A DNA stretch of 64,000 nucleotides from Chiloscyllium plagiosum. Lineage: Eukaryota. Made by a program: the position numbers and the translations under genes. The stretch is from contig NC_057718.1 of the NCBI RefSeq assembly GCF_004010195.1, positions 24,579,853 through 24,643,852 of the forward strand. Direction: 5' to 3'. Shown one piece after another: positions 51,379-63,375 of the stretch. Positions within the stretch are counted from its first letter, which is position 1; each line of letters begins with the position of its first letter. The notes below the pieces were generated by a model that was given only the letters and a program-made list of their open reading frames with translations, did no database searches and was not told the DNA's origin.

Positions 51379-51984
51379 GGTCGTCCAGGGCAGCCTATGG
51401 TTTCCCAAGAGGAGGAAGCTTATCTGAGGTGTGGTGGGCGAAAAAGACATTAACTTTGTAAAGTCTAAAAACTACTCCTATAAAAACTACTGTAACTAAA
51501 AACCTATCCACAACATTTAACTTAAATAAACACCTAAGTAAACCTCAATTCACTAGAGATCTCCCCCCTTGCCCAATCTTCCCAATTGTTGCTACCATCC
51601 TGGCTCCTTCCAGCTGAGGCCGCACCCTAGTCCCACGCAATACACAGATAAAGAAAATATGTTATTTACATTCTGAGTGTTAACAATGGACACCCAACCT
51701 CTGCCTTCCACACCACTTCTCCATACATCTTAACCACAGGTATAGCCACCCCCAATCCAAAAACAAAAGGACAGCAGCAAAAAAAAAAAACCCAGACAAT
51801 ACCAACCGACTGAAATGATAAATAAATCAGATTTTACACCAAGGCAGTACAAAATCTATAAAACTGATAACCACAAAAAGGAGAGAGAGGAGTAAAAAAG
51901 GGGCAGAAAAAGTAAGGAAAAACTGAACTATTGACCGTAATGGTGCCCCTTCACCCCCTCCACTCCCGAACCAAGTCCTTTGTT

Positions 51985-52829
51985 TCAAAGAGTTCACAAA
52001 GTCCTTTGCCTTTTCTGCAGAATCAAAATTATATACCATCCATCCATGAGCGAAATGTAACGCTGCTGGGTACCTCAAGGAATATTGAATGTTCAGATCT
52101 CTTAATTTTCTCTTAACTTCATCAAATGCCTTCTCTTCTTAATTATGGCTCCTGAGAAGTCTTGAAAAAACATTATTCTTGAGCCTTTGTGTATTAAAGC
52201 CTATGGATCTCTTCTCAGTATTCTTGCTGTTTCAATCACTAACTGTTTCTCTTTATAGTGCTGGAGTCGCACTAGGACCGGGTGGGGGCATGGATCTGCC
52301 CCTGACCTGCGCATTGCCATCCAATGGGCCCGTTCCACACTCACTAGGCCCAATTCCGACTCCAGCCCCAGGAACTTCTGGAGCCACTTCTCCAGGAAAC
52401 CGATGAGGTCCTCACCTTTCTCGCGCTCTGGGAGAGCCATGAGCCATAAATGTTTCCTTCTACTTTTGTTTTCCAGGTCATCCACTTGTTCCTGAAAGAC
52501 CCGAACCTAATCTTCCAGTGTTCAGACCCTTCCTCCCGAGACCTCCCCACATTCTCCGATGCTGTGGTTCTCTGCTCCACTGCTTCTACTTTTCGGTCTT
52601 GTGTTTGATTCTCCTGCTCGTGCTTTTTCAGCATGAGAGATATTGGCACAATCGCTGCTTCAATCATTTATTGGAGTTTGGCAAACTCCAAGAGTAAATG
52701 CTGCTGCCCCATTAAATCCAAAGAGGCTGCCCTGGGAGTTTGAGCACTGGCTGCAGGCACCCCTGATGCAGTTAAGGAGACCCCTGCCTGCTGTACTCCT
52801 TTCACCCCTTTTCCTTTATTCGTCTTCAT
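51985..52829 (-). pseudogene. L1 ORF1 remnant
   Basis: Coiled-coil, DDLENKSRRKHL, VERAH, RYPAAL..FDSAEKA. Confidence 0.85.
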
Positions 52830-53409
52830 CCTGATCTTTGAGCTGTCAAACCACAATTCTAGCAGCTCCGGAGGTTCAGTAAAGTTTTATTATCCATTTT
52901 TCTCCTCAGGGTGGTGAACGAGGGGGTGCAAAGGTCCTCCTTGCAGGAGGTATGGCACAGAGCTCTGCACAGCAGACCACTCAGACCGCCGCCACCTTGG
53001 ATATCTCACCCTTAAATTTTCTACTGATCAAGAATTTATCTATCTCAGCCTTCGGCATACTGAAGGACTCTGGCCCCACAACTCGCTGTGGCAAGGAGTT
53101 CCAAAAACTCACAACATTCTGAGAAAAGAAATTCCTCCTTATTAAATTGGTGCCTCCTCTTGCTAAAATACTACGTATAATGCTAAACAGAACATGTTGC
53201 CTCATGGTCACCTTCATAATTTGTGCTGTGGTTGGTCATATTTGAGAGGTAGCATTACAGTTTTTTACATTTAAGCCCAATCTATACTTAGGCCACTAAT
53301 TGCTTTAACCATTGTTATATTTTCAGCAGCTTCTTTAAGATAAACTAAGAATCATATTTCAATTTAACACGATCTAACTCAATTTAACATGATCTTGCTT
53401 TAACTCAAA

Positions 53410-53670
53410 AGGTTCGATTCCAGCCTCGGGCGACTGTTTGTGTGGAGTTTGCACATCCTCCCCGTGTCTGTGTGGGTTTCCTCCAGGTGCTCCGGTTTCC
53501 TCCCACAGTCCAAAGATGTGCAGGTTAAGTGAATTGGCCATGCTAAATTGCCCATAGTGCTAGGCGCATTATTCAGAGGGAAATGGGTCTGAGTGGGTTA
53601 CTCTTCGGAGGGTCGGTGTGGACTGGTTGGGCCGAAGGGCCCGTTTCCACACTGTAGGGAATCTAATCTA
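53410..53670 (+). mobile_element. HE1-type V-SINE, 5' truncated
   Basis: B-box ggttcgattcc, V-domain, tail ending aatctaatct. Confidence 0.85.
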
Positions 53671-53773
53671 AAAGGATATCCTTGTCTTTGTCGAGGTCTG
53701 TGAGGAATTTCTGAGGCTTGTCAACACAAAAAATAGTCACAAAAATACCCAATAATCATTGCACTTACCAATG

Positions 53774-53874
53774 CAGAGGAACCTCGATTATCCAAATGAC
53801 ACAAGCAGGGAGTATTTTGTTTGGATAATCGAATGTTCGGATAATCGAATGCCGGATAAATCGAGGTTCCTTTG
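53774..53874. mobile_element. pogo/Tigger-type MITE (101 bp)
   Basis: TIRs cagaggaacctcgattatcc / ggataaatcgaggttcctttg, TG and TA flanks, internal ggataatcgaatg repeats. Confidence 0.75.
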
Positions 53875-54133
53875 TACAAATATTTGTGTATATTTAAAAA
53901 GTACTGTAAAAGCTATCTATATCCAGTCTGCAATGCAAGAATCTGACAGATAAAGAACTGCTACAACTGGACAAATGTTTCAGCTGGGAATTAAAGGTTT
54001 TAGAGATAGTTCTCCTTACAAATTGATTATTTTCTAATATGCAAACCTGTATGCCTCAGCTGCACTGGCCCAAAACTGAAAAGCTTTAAGTGTTTTCAAA
54101 TGCTTCATTTCTTTATATCCAAAAGTTACTTAC

Positions 54134-54215
54134 CACCGGTCTGTGTACATCCCAGAATGCTCTTTCCTGACTGTCAAGAATTTTTCTTTCAATTTTGTCT
54201 CTTTTTTTATCAACT
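54134..54215 (-). CDS. RGS7: RGS7 coding exon (82 nt), (K)[27 protein letters not shown]
   Basis: tcatctgacag|AGTTGATAAAAAAAGAGAC...AGACCGGTG|gtaagt; phase 2 entry completes the Lys codon. Confidence 0.96.
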
Positions 54216-54479
54216 CTGTCAGATGAATAATGTGATAATCAGATTTATTTGTCAGATCAGCAACAATTTACCTTCATTAAATTGTACTTCTTAAGTTAAA
54301 AACATCCCAGAATCTGACCATTAAGTAGGAATAAGAAAATTTGTGGGTGGGTGGGGATAAAAATAGATTAAATACATTGGTCAGTAGATTCATATTTATG
54401 AAGCACTTTGAGACAGGGAGAATGATTTAGGGAAGAGAACTGCACTGTTTTTTGACTCTGATCTGAGTACAGGTACAGT

Positions 54480-55010
54480 GATGTCTTACTGTACTTGTAC
54501 AGGACAGGACTTGTACCACACCTGGAGTATTCTGTCCTTTACTGAGGAGGGATGTTCTGGCCATAGAGGGGAGGCTACAAAGGTTTGCCAGATGGATCCA
54601 TTGGATGGCAGGACAGTGGTGTGAAGGGAGACTGAATCAGTTAAGACTAGATTCACTGGAGTTTTGAAGAATGAGGGATGATCTCACAGAAGTCTATAAA
54701 ATTCTAATAGGACTAGACAAGGTAAATACAGCAAAGATGGGAATCCAGAACCAGGGGTTACAATCTAAGGATATGGTGTAAGTTATTTAGGACTGAGATG
54801 AGGAGAAACTTTTTCACCTGGACAGTGGAATTCTTTGCGACAGAAAGCTGTTGCAGCCAGAACATTAAATGTTTTCAAGAAGGAGTTAGATATAATTCTT
54901 AGAGACAAAACATATGGAGAGGACCAGGATAATAAGTGGAATGATAAGCCATGACCATATGGAATGGTCAAACGGCCAAACTGCACACTCCTCTTATTTT
55001 CTATGTTTTA
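54480..55010 (+). mobile_element. Degraded CR1 3' fragment
   Basis: ccacacctggagtatt, aggactgagatgaggagaaacttttt motifs. Confidence 0.75.
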
Positions 55011-55502
55011 ACAATGAATCTCTGACACTGGTGGCTAATCCTGATTCAGAGTATTAGCACTAATATGGATGCCTAAAGGATCTTAAAATTAATGTGCTTT
55101 GACATATCATACAGCTTTTAATTGTAATGATTGTGCAAAGATTTGCCTGGGCATAGGGCTGTGACACAGAGTTCTGGTGAGCTGGTAGGCATGAGGACTG
55201 GTGACAGGGAGGCCAGCAAAGGTAGAGAAAAGTCAATTTTTGAGATGACCAAATTTGCAGTTCAGACATTTAGCCATGGTGGGTAATGTTCCATTGACTG
55301 AAGAAGGTAATATTGGTGATGGGCCTGTTTTGGGGCTGGATTCCATTTCAGATTAGCATGAAATGTTAGGTTAAGATTGGACGCAATTGCATTTTCAGAT
55401 AAACAGTTGAATAGAGGTGGAGCCTCCACTATATAGTGGTGCTGGTGAGAACTGACCGGAAGAATAAAATATCAAAAAGAAAATAAACTCTCCCATACTC
55501 AC

Positions 55503-55579
55503 TTTGCTTGTGCTTCTGCTTGCATAAAGATAAATTCCCATTTTCTTGCAAATGCTCTCTGTAGACGGGCCAAGCTCTC
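55503..55579 (-). CDS. RGS7: RGS7 coding exon (77 nt), ESLARLQRAFARKWEFIFMQAEAQA(K)
   Basis: caatttctag|GAGAGCTTGGCC...GCACAAGCAAA|gtgagt; phase continues from previous exon; ESL/AQAK favour RGS7 over RGS6 (ENL/AQVK). Confidence 0.96.
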
Positions 55580-55707
55580 CTAGAAATTGAACAATCCATA
55601 TTTAAGGTATGATTACCAGAGCTGGCATCCAATTAATAGAAACATCAGTTAATATTGAAGCTCGTGTATTGGCTGTTGCATTGGAGATGAGCTATTCTCA
55701 GTTAATG

Positions 55708-55823
55708 GAGAAAGTGAGGTCTGCAGATGCTGGAGAAGGGCTTATGCCCGAAACGCCGATTCTCCTGTTCCCTGGATGCTGCCTGACCTGCTGCGCTTTT
55801 CCAGCAACACATTTTCAGCGCTT
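55708..55823. mobile_element. Penelope family-A mini-insert, inverted junction
   Basis: Bounded by ttctcagttaatg (55695-55707, 55824-55836); about 130 nt from an RGS7 splice acceptor. Confidence 0.75.
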
Positions 55824-56299
55824 TTCTCAGTTAATGACTCATAACAAAAAGAGTTTACTTCACAACAAACAGAATCTATTTAAATTGAGTCTCCATGAAC
55901 TACAACAATCGATGATCCAAACAACAATAATTGTATGATAAAAACATACAATTACTGGTTTCTCCAGTAAAATGCTGTGAATGGAAGACAGTTACATAGA
56001 AGTAATGTGGAAAATAAATTGCAGTCACTTGCTGCAGTGCGTTTTCGGATAGTAATTAATGAGAGAATTACCAAATTATCTTCATTGGCTGGGACTTACT
56101 GAGTCATAGAGTCACAATATTCATGGCAAGTTACTGCTGTTAGCAAAACTCTTAACTACCTGTCACTGTATTGTCTCTATCTGTGTGTTATGCCAATTAT
56201 TCTTGCTGACACACTGAGATCTCAACAATGGGAAGGCAATATCAATTATATGATGTTAAATATATATTTGCACAGTGATTTCATTTCTGTAGAAATAAC

Positions 56300-58150
56300 A
56301 TTTGGAACATGCTGCAAGGCTTGATAAATTGCTGCAGAGCATCTGGTACATGGTACTCACTACTTCTGCTGTATGTTGGTGGCTCAATGGTGGAGGGAAT
56401 GAATGTTTAAGGAGGTGGATGAGGTGCCATACAAGTTTTGCTCTTGACTGTTGTTGGAGCTGCACTCACCCAAGCAAGTGAACAGTATTCTACCATGTCG
56501 CTGACTTAAACCTTGCCAAATGGTGGGCATGCTTTGACGCTGAGTTACTGACTGTAGGAGTCTTGACCTCTGACCAGTATTTATATGGTTAACTCCTCCT
56601 TCTCAGATGCTGTCTGACCTGCTGTGCTTTTCCAGCACCATACTTTTTGACTCTGTTAGGTTTTGGGTCAAAGTTAACTCCTAGATTGCTAATGGGGCAG
56701 GCATCTTGGCCTCTGACCAGTATCTAAATGTGCCAGTGCTGGTGTTGGACTGGGGTGGACAAAGTTATAGTCCAACAAGTTTATTTGGAAATACGAGCTT
56801 TTTCAGTGCTGCTACTTCATCAGGTGGCTACCTGATGAAGGATCAGTTCTCCAAAAGCGTGTTTTGGGTCAATGTTAAGTCCTAAATTGCTAATGGTGGG
56901 GTGTTCAGTGACAATAATGCTACTGGCTGTTAAGAAGATCATTTGATTCTCTTTTGTTGATGATTGAAATTGTCTGGTATTTGTGCATTGTGCATGTTAC
57001 TTAGCACTTATCAGCTCAAGCCTGGATGTTGTCCATGTCTGGCTCTATGAAAGGACTGCTTCATTATCTAAGGAGTCACAAAGAGTGCTGAACATTATAT
57101 ATCTTTAGCGAGCATTCCCACTTATGACCTTGCAATGGAGGCACTTAAATGATAAAGCAACTGAAGATGGGTGAACCTATGACAGTATTCTGATATCCTT
57201 GGTCTGAGATGATTGAATTCCTTTGCCAAAGGCAGTCACTTTCCTCTTAACTCTTTAATCCATGTTTGGATGAAGACTGTGATAAGGTGAGGAGATGAGG
57301 CTGAGATGATAATGATAAACAATCAGTAATGTAACATTGAAACTCAATAAGCTGAGAGGTTTGATGCACTATACAGAGTGTTGGTGGGGCATGGAATTAA
57401 TTTTATTCACTTGTGGGATGTGGACATCGCTGGCTGGCTAGCATTTATTACCCATCCATACAGCTCTCGAGAAGCAGCTTCAGTCCACTTACTGTAGGGT
57501 AACTTACAATGACCTTAGGGAAGGAATTTAAGGATTTTGAAGCAGAAACAGTGAAGGAAAGGCAATACATTTCCAAGTCAGGATGGTAAGTGGCTTGGAG
57601 GACAACTTACAGGTGGTGGTGTTCCCATGTATCTCCTGCCTTTGTCCACCTAGAGAGAAGTCATTGTGGGATTGGAAGGTGGCTTCTAAGGATCTTTGGT
57701 CTTTTAATTTCTGTAGTGCACCTTGTAGATAGTACACATAGCTGTTATAGAGCAATGGTGCTGAAGGGAGTGGATGCTTGAGTGTTGTTTGAGTTGCACC
57801 CATCCAGGTAAGTGGGGAATATTCCATCATTCCCCGGACTTGAGCCTTTTAAATTGTGGTAAGGTTTTGGGGAAACAGGAAGTGAGTTACTTACTGCAGC
57901 ATTTCTAGCTTCTAGCCTGCTCTTGTAGCCAGTGTTTATGTGGTGAGTTCAGATTGTCCAGATTGTATTGAATTTGAACATGGACTGCCTCAGTCTCTGA
58001 GGAGTTGTGGATGGTGCTAAACATTGTGTAATCATCAGCGAACATCCCCACTTCTAATGCTGTGTTGGAGGAATATCATTAATGAAGTGACTGAAGATGG
58101 TTGGACCTAGGACACTATCCTGAGGAACTCCTGCAGATATGTCCTGGAGC
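56300..58150 (-). mobile_element. Degraded CR1-clade LINE fragments with Penelope inserts
   Basis: MEYSPLTWMGATQTTLK; inserts near 56590-56655 and 56735-56860. Confidence 0.65.
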
Positions 58151-58394
58151 TGAAATTCTCTGCAAGAATGTGTGGCTGAAAAGATAACACTGTATTTTTA
58201 TAGGGGAACATTGGTCAAATATTTGAAGCTGAGGAGCATGCAAGACTTTGAGCACAAACTGCACAATGTCACTAGTGCTTAACCAGGACTTTCCAATGGG
58301 GTAATTAGAATACTTATTAAAATAACGTCAGTACATGTAGAGTTTAAGTAATATTTAATCAGCAATTAATTAAGTAACATAAGAAATGCAAAGA

Positions 58395-60560
58395 CAGGTA
58401 TTGTGTGGCAGCTGCAGAATGTTGGAGCTCATGGACACCCCCATGATCCAGGGTAAATACATCTGCAATAAACGTCTGCAACTGGAGCAGATTTGGCTCA
58501 GAGTCATTAAGGTGGAGGCCAGGCCCTCTTGTAGTGCAGCAGTAGTGTCCCTACCCTTGGACTGAGAGGCCCAGGTTTCAGAGATGTGTAATAACATTTC
58601 TGATCAGGTTGATTAGAAAAATAAGTTAAATTCTTTTTAAAAAGCAAAAAAAAAATAAGATGATGACTCTGTTACACATCAAGAAGGTGGACTTTACCTG
58701 GACATCTTTACTGCAGGAGGTAGTCAAACCCCTTAGGATAGAGTCTTCTGATGTGGTCCATGGTTATTGTCAGGAGGCTATGACCATGATTGAGGCACGT
58801 ATGCAGATCAAAGAGACAGAAGTGGAGTAGCCTCAAAGCTTACAGTATAAATGATAACAGGAGCAAACTGACGGTAGTAGAGGCCAGTATAGTCAGAGGA
58901 ATATATATAATCTCTGCAGCTGGGACCATGAATGCACTTGGCTGTTTTGTCTGCTCAGGACATTTGCTCTGGACGAGGGAGGAACTTGCAGTGAGATCTC
59001 GAAGATCCAGTTGTCATCGCCCACACAGGTTCCAAAGACATCGGAAGGACTAAGAAAAAGGATTTGCTTAGGGAGATGAGCAGCTAGTGGCTGAATTAAA
59101 AATCAGAGGTAACAATTTCTGGATTATCACCTGAGCAACAAGCAAGTGGAGAACGTTAAATGAAAGTGTTAACTGATTGGCTCATAGATTCCTTTGGAAA
59201 GTTTTGATTCATTGGACATTGACATCAATACTGAAGAAATTGAGAGCTTACAGTTGTGATGATGTTCATATCAACTATGCAGGAGCTAGTGTTATGACAA
59301 GGCACATAAACAGCAAGATAGGGAAGGCTTTCAACTAAATAATGTGGAACAGGGATCAAGTGACAGAAGATGTAAATGCTTAAGGAGAGAAGTAAAGACA
59401 AGAAAGCAAAGAGGATGCAAAGATTTCTTTATTGGAATTCAGATAAATTGGTGGACAAGAATGTGGCAGATAGAATATAGGGTCAATGAAGTAACAGCTA
59501 AAATGCAGAGAATTTCTTAAATGATGAGTGACTGAGAAATGGTAATGTCCAAAGAGACCTGGGTGTCCTTGGTCATTTAATTGAACGTTAACATCCAGAC
59601 GCAGCAAGATATTAGGAAGGCAAATAGAATGTTGGCCTTTATTGCAAAATGACTTGAGTACAACAGTCAATAAATCTTGTTGTAACTTTATAAGGTATCA
59701 GTGAGAATGTGCCTGGAGTTTTATGTACAACTTTGGTCTCCTTAACTGGGGAAGAATATAATTGTCCAATTGGAAGGGCAACAAGTGTTCACCAGATTGA
59801 TCCCTGGGATGGTGGGATGATGGTCTTCAGGGGAGTGGTGGAAGAGACCAGGTCTTCATTCTCTCGCAATTAGAATAATCCTATAAACATACACTTAGAA
59901 GCAATAGTATTCCATTTAGCTCTTTGAGCCTGCTCCATTATCCAATAAGATATGATTTTGTCTCAGCTTCATTATACTATCTGTACTTAATAACCCATGA
60001 TGTCCTTGTCTATCAAAAGTGTACGCAACTCAACTTCAAATACATTTAAGGACCCAGCCTCTGTTATCTGCTGGGGAAGAGAATTTTGCGATCTTAACAT
60101 CTGTCTGAAACAAAGAGATTCTCCTCCTCCTCTCTCTCAAAAAAGAGAAATCCCAGTTCTTAAAAAAAAAATTCCAAGTTATGGTCACCCACCCCTATCT
60201 CCACGATAAGAAACATTATTCCAGTGTCCACCCTACAGCATTCCACAATGTACAGTCAGACTCCTCTCTAACTCTGGGTAGTTAGAATAAGAAATAAGCT
60301 ATGTTGGACTAAGATGAGGAAAGTTTTATTCACTCAGAGGTAAGTGATTTTTTTGCAATTCACGATTGCAGAGATTGTAGAGCCTCAGTCGCTGAATAAT
60401 TTAAGACAGAGATTGAGAGATTTCAAGATTTCAGTTATTAAGGGATATGGGGATCGTGGGGAGAATGGCATTAAGATAGAAAATCAGCCATGATTTCACA
60501 GAATGGCAGAGCTGGCTCAAGATGCTCATAATGACCTCTGCCTGCTTCTATTTATTATGG
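58395..60560 (+). mobile_element. Degraded CR1 (ORF1 Cys-rich region, esterase and ORF2 3' pieces)
   Basis: CGSCRMLE..YICNKRLQLEQ; ORF2 tail motifs; minus-strand CR1 tail nested at ~59895-60240. Confidence 0.65.
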
Positions 60561-61132
60561 TTCTCAGAAGGCGGCCATTTGGCTCATTTTGTCTACGCTG
60601 TTTTTTGGACAAGCAGTTAAATTCATCCCACTTCCCTACTTCCTACTGAAAGTCTGGGAAATATTTTTCCTAAGATTGTGCTGTTTGAATTCAAAGAGGA
60701 ATTGTTTTTAAAATCAAAAAGCTGTACCTTTGAGTGTTAATGTTTTAAATAGGGTTCTTTTTCCAGATGAAAGAAGTTTTCCATTGTTTTGACATGTGCT
60801 CTGTCTGAACACCTTTTATAAAAATAATTGAAGGTTTTGTTTGTAGTGGTCTTATTCAATCACATTATAGGATCTCGGATTAAAATGATTTGTCTATGAC
60901 TCATTTAACATGTGCTTTATAATTTGAGCATTAGTCAGTTCACTGCAATTTAAAATTCAAACTCAAAACTATTTTAAAAGCTTGAGAGGCATTTTTTAAA
61001 AGCCGAAGTGTGTGAGATATTTTTAAGTAACGAACGATGATGATACTCTTATATTTGATGAGTCATTCAATGCTTATTCAAACAGCCAGTAAATGCTGTC
61101 ATTCAAGTCAAAAGAATCAAAAGGATACTCAC

Positions 61133-61197
61133 AGCTTCATAGTCTGCTAACTCGAGCCTTGCTTTATTTTGCATCGTCCGCTTGCAGAGGTAAACCG
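61133..61197 (-). CDS. RGS7: RGS7 coding exon (65 nt), (A)[21 protein letters not shown]
   Basis: Minus strand tttctttgattcacag|CGGTTTACCTCTGCAAG...TATGAAGCT|gtgagt; peptide matches vertebrate RGS7 DHEX region as recalled. Confidence 0.96.
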
Positions 61198-61849
61198 CTG
61201 TGAATCAAAGAAAAATAATTATTGCAGCCTTGAAGGATCAAAAGAACCAGGGAAAGGCAAGGAGAGTTACTTTTATACAGCAAATTGTCATAACCTATAT
61301 AACAAATTGTCACTGCTGTTCCAGTAATAACTTTGACAAGGGAATTGAATATATATTTATAAAGGAAAAATATAAAAGTCTATGGGGAAAGAGGAAAGGA
61401 GGGGAACTAATTGGATGGGTCTTTCAAAGAATCAGCATGGACACTATAGACAGAATGGCTTCTGACTGGTACAATGCAATGCAATTCAAAGGGACAAAAA
61501 TGAAACTGATGGAACACAGTAATGGTCGCAAAAAAGTGTGCAATTTTAACTGCGCTGCATAATAATTAGCCACCCTGTCTCACGGCATTCAATTGATCAG
61601 GCGTATTTAGAAAACTTTTATTTACAAAGAGGCTTTATTAGAGAAGTCTGCACCACACATCTTCTCACTCTTTCACCCCATCAGCTGCTTTAACTTTGGT
61701 GAAAGATACTCAGAAAATCCAAACACATGGCTGAATGGAATTTCTGACAACCTTCTGCTGATGTAACAGAACCAGTTGGGGAAGGAGGGCTTCACGAGCA
61801 TCACCCCCTCCACCCACCCACTGCTGGCAAATCTCCATGGGGTGAAAGG

Positions 61850-62320
61850 TCCCAAAGTGGAAGATGTGACATTCTTCCTCTGCCTGATGAATGGAGGAAG
61901 AACGTCTCATTTTCCGCCTTGGGATCTTTCAACTACATGGCATCAACTTCACCATTTTCCAAATCTCCCCTTCCCCTCCACCTTATTCCAGGTCTAACCC
62001 TCCAACTTGGCACCGCCCTCTTGAACTGTCCTACCTGTGCATCTTCCTTCCCACTTATCCGCTCCACCCTCCCCACTGACCTATCACAATTACCCCCTAC
62101 CTGCATCTACCAGCTGGGAAGGCCTTCCTAGCTACCTTCCTCCCACCCTCACCCCTTTATTTATCTCTCATCCCTCTTCCCCCTCCACATTCCTGTTAAA
62201 GGGCTTATCCTGGAAACATCGACTCTCCTGATCTTCGGATGCTGCCTGACCTGCTGTGCTCTTCCAGTGCCACACTTTCAAATCTGACCCTCCAGCATCT
62301 GCACTCCTCACTTTCTCCTA
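61850..62320 (+). mobile_element. Penelope-like element 3' part
   Basis: EEERLIFRLGIFQLHGIN, followed by C-rich UTR and family-A terminal repeat with a degenerate hammerhead. Confidence 0.82.
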
Positions 62321-62544
62321 ATCGCAAAAGAGGTTGGTGTCAATGAGTGTGTGATTAACATAATTTACCCATCAAACTCTGGCATGATGTATTATGTTAG
62401 GTAGTTCATTAGATTCAGGTCTATGGTCAAAAGATAAAAGATTGGTGACTAGATAGATGTTCTAAAATTTCATTATTTCTACTGATACTAAATTCACCTT
62501 TTAAACCTGTCACTATACCACATACCACAAAAGGAAAAATAAAT

Positions 62545-63375
62545 CAAACCAGATAAGTAGTAGATGAAGTTTAATCGAGATAAATGCGAGGTGCAACATT
62601 TTGCTAGGGCAAATCACGGCAGGGTTTATATACTTAATGGTAAGGTCCTGGGGCGTGTTGCCGAACAAAGAGACCTTGGATTATAGGTTAATTGTTCCTT
62701 GAAAATGGAGTTGAAGGTAGATAGGGCAGTGAAGAAGGCATGTAGCATGCTTTCCTTTATTGGTCAGAGTATTGAGTATAGGAGTTGGGACGTCATGTTG
62801 GGACTGTACCCAACATGACATGGGTTAGGCCACTTTTGGAATATTGTGTGCAATTCTGGTCTCTTTCCTATTGGAAGGATGTTGTAAAACTTGAAAGGGT
62901 TCAGAAAAGATTTACAATGATGTTGCCAGGATTGGTGGATTTGAATTAAAGGGAGAGGCTGAATAGGCTGGGGCTATTTTCCCTGAAACATCAGGCTGAG
63001 GGTTGGTCTTTTAGAAGTTTATAAAATTATGAGGCACATGGTTAGGGTGAATAGTCAAGGTCATTTCCCCAGGGTAGGGGAATCCAAAACTAGAGGGCAT
63101 AGGTTAAAGGTAAGAGGGGAAAGATTTAAAAGGAACTGAAGAGGCAACCTTTTCAAGCAGAGGGTGATGTGTGTATGGATTGAACTGCCAGAGGAAATGG
63201 CAGAGGCTGGTAGAATTAGCATTTAAAAGCACCTGGATAGGTATATGAATAGCATGGGTTCAGAGAGATATGGGCCAAATGCTGGCAAATGGAATTAGAT
63301 TACTTTAAGATATCTGGTCATCATGGATGAGTTGGACTGAAGGGTCTGTTTTCATACTGTACATCTCTATGACTG
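62545..63375 (+). mobile_element. CR1 ORF2 3' portion
   Basis: DKCEVQHF, RPLLEYCVQFWS, ERVQKRFT, TRGHR; typical 3' UTR. Confidence 0.88.

Larger units (their letters stand above)
47196..53007 (-). mobile_element. Apparently full-length decayed L1-clade LINE, sense to RGS7
   Basis: Poly(A) tail at 47196; 5' end ccaaggtggcggcg; ORF1 and ORF2 remnants; splits a CR1 tail (47068-47195 / 53008-53150) with a diverged 14-bp duplication (10/14 match). Confidence 0.92.
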
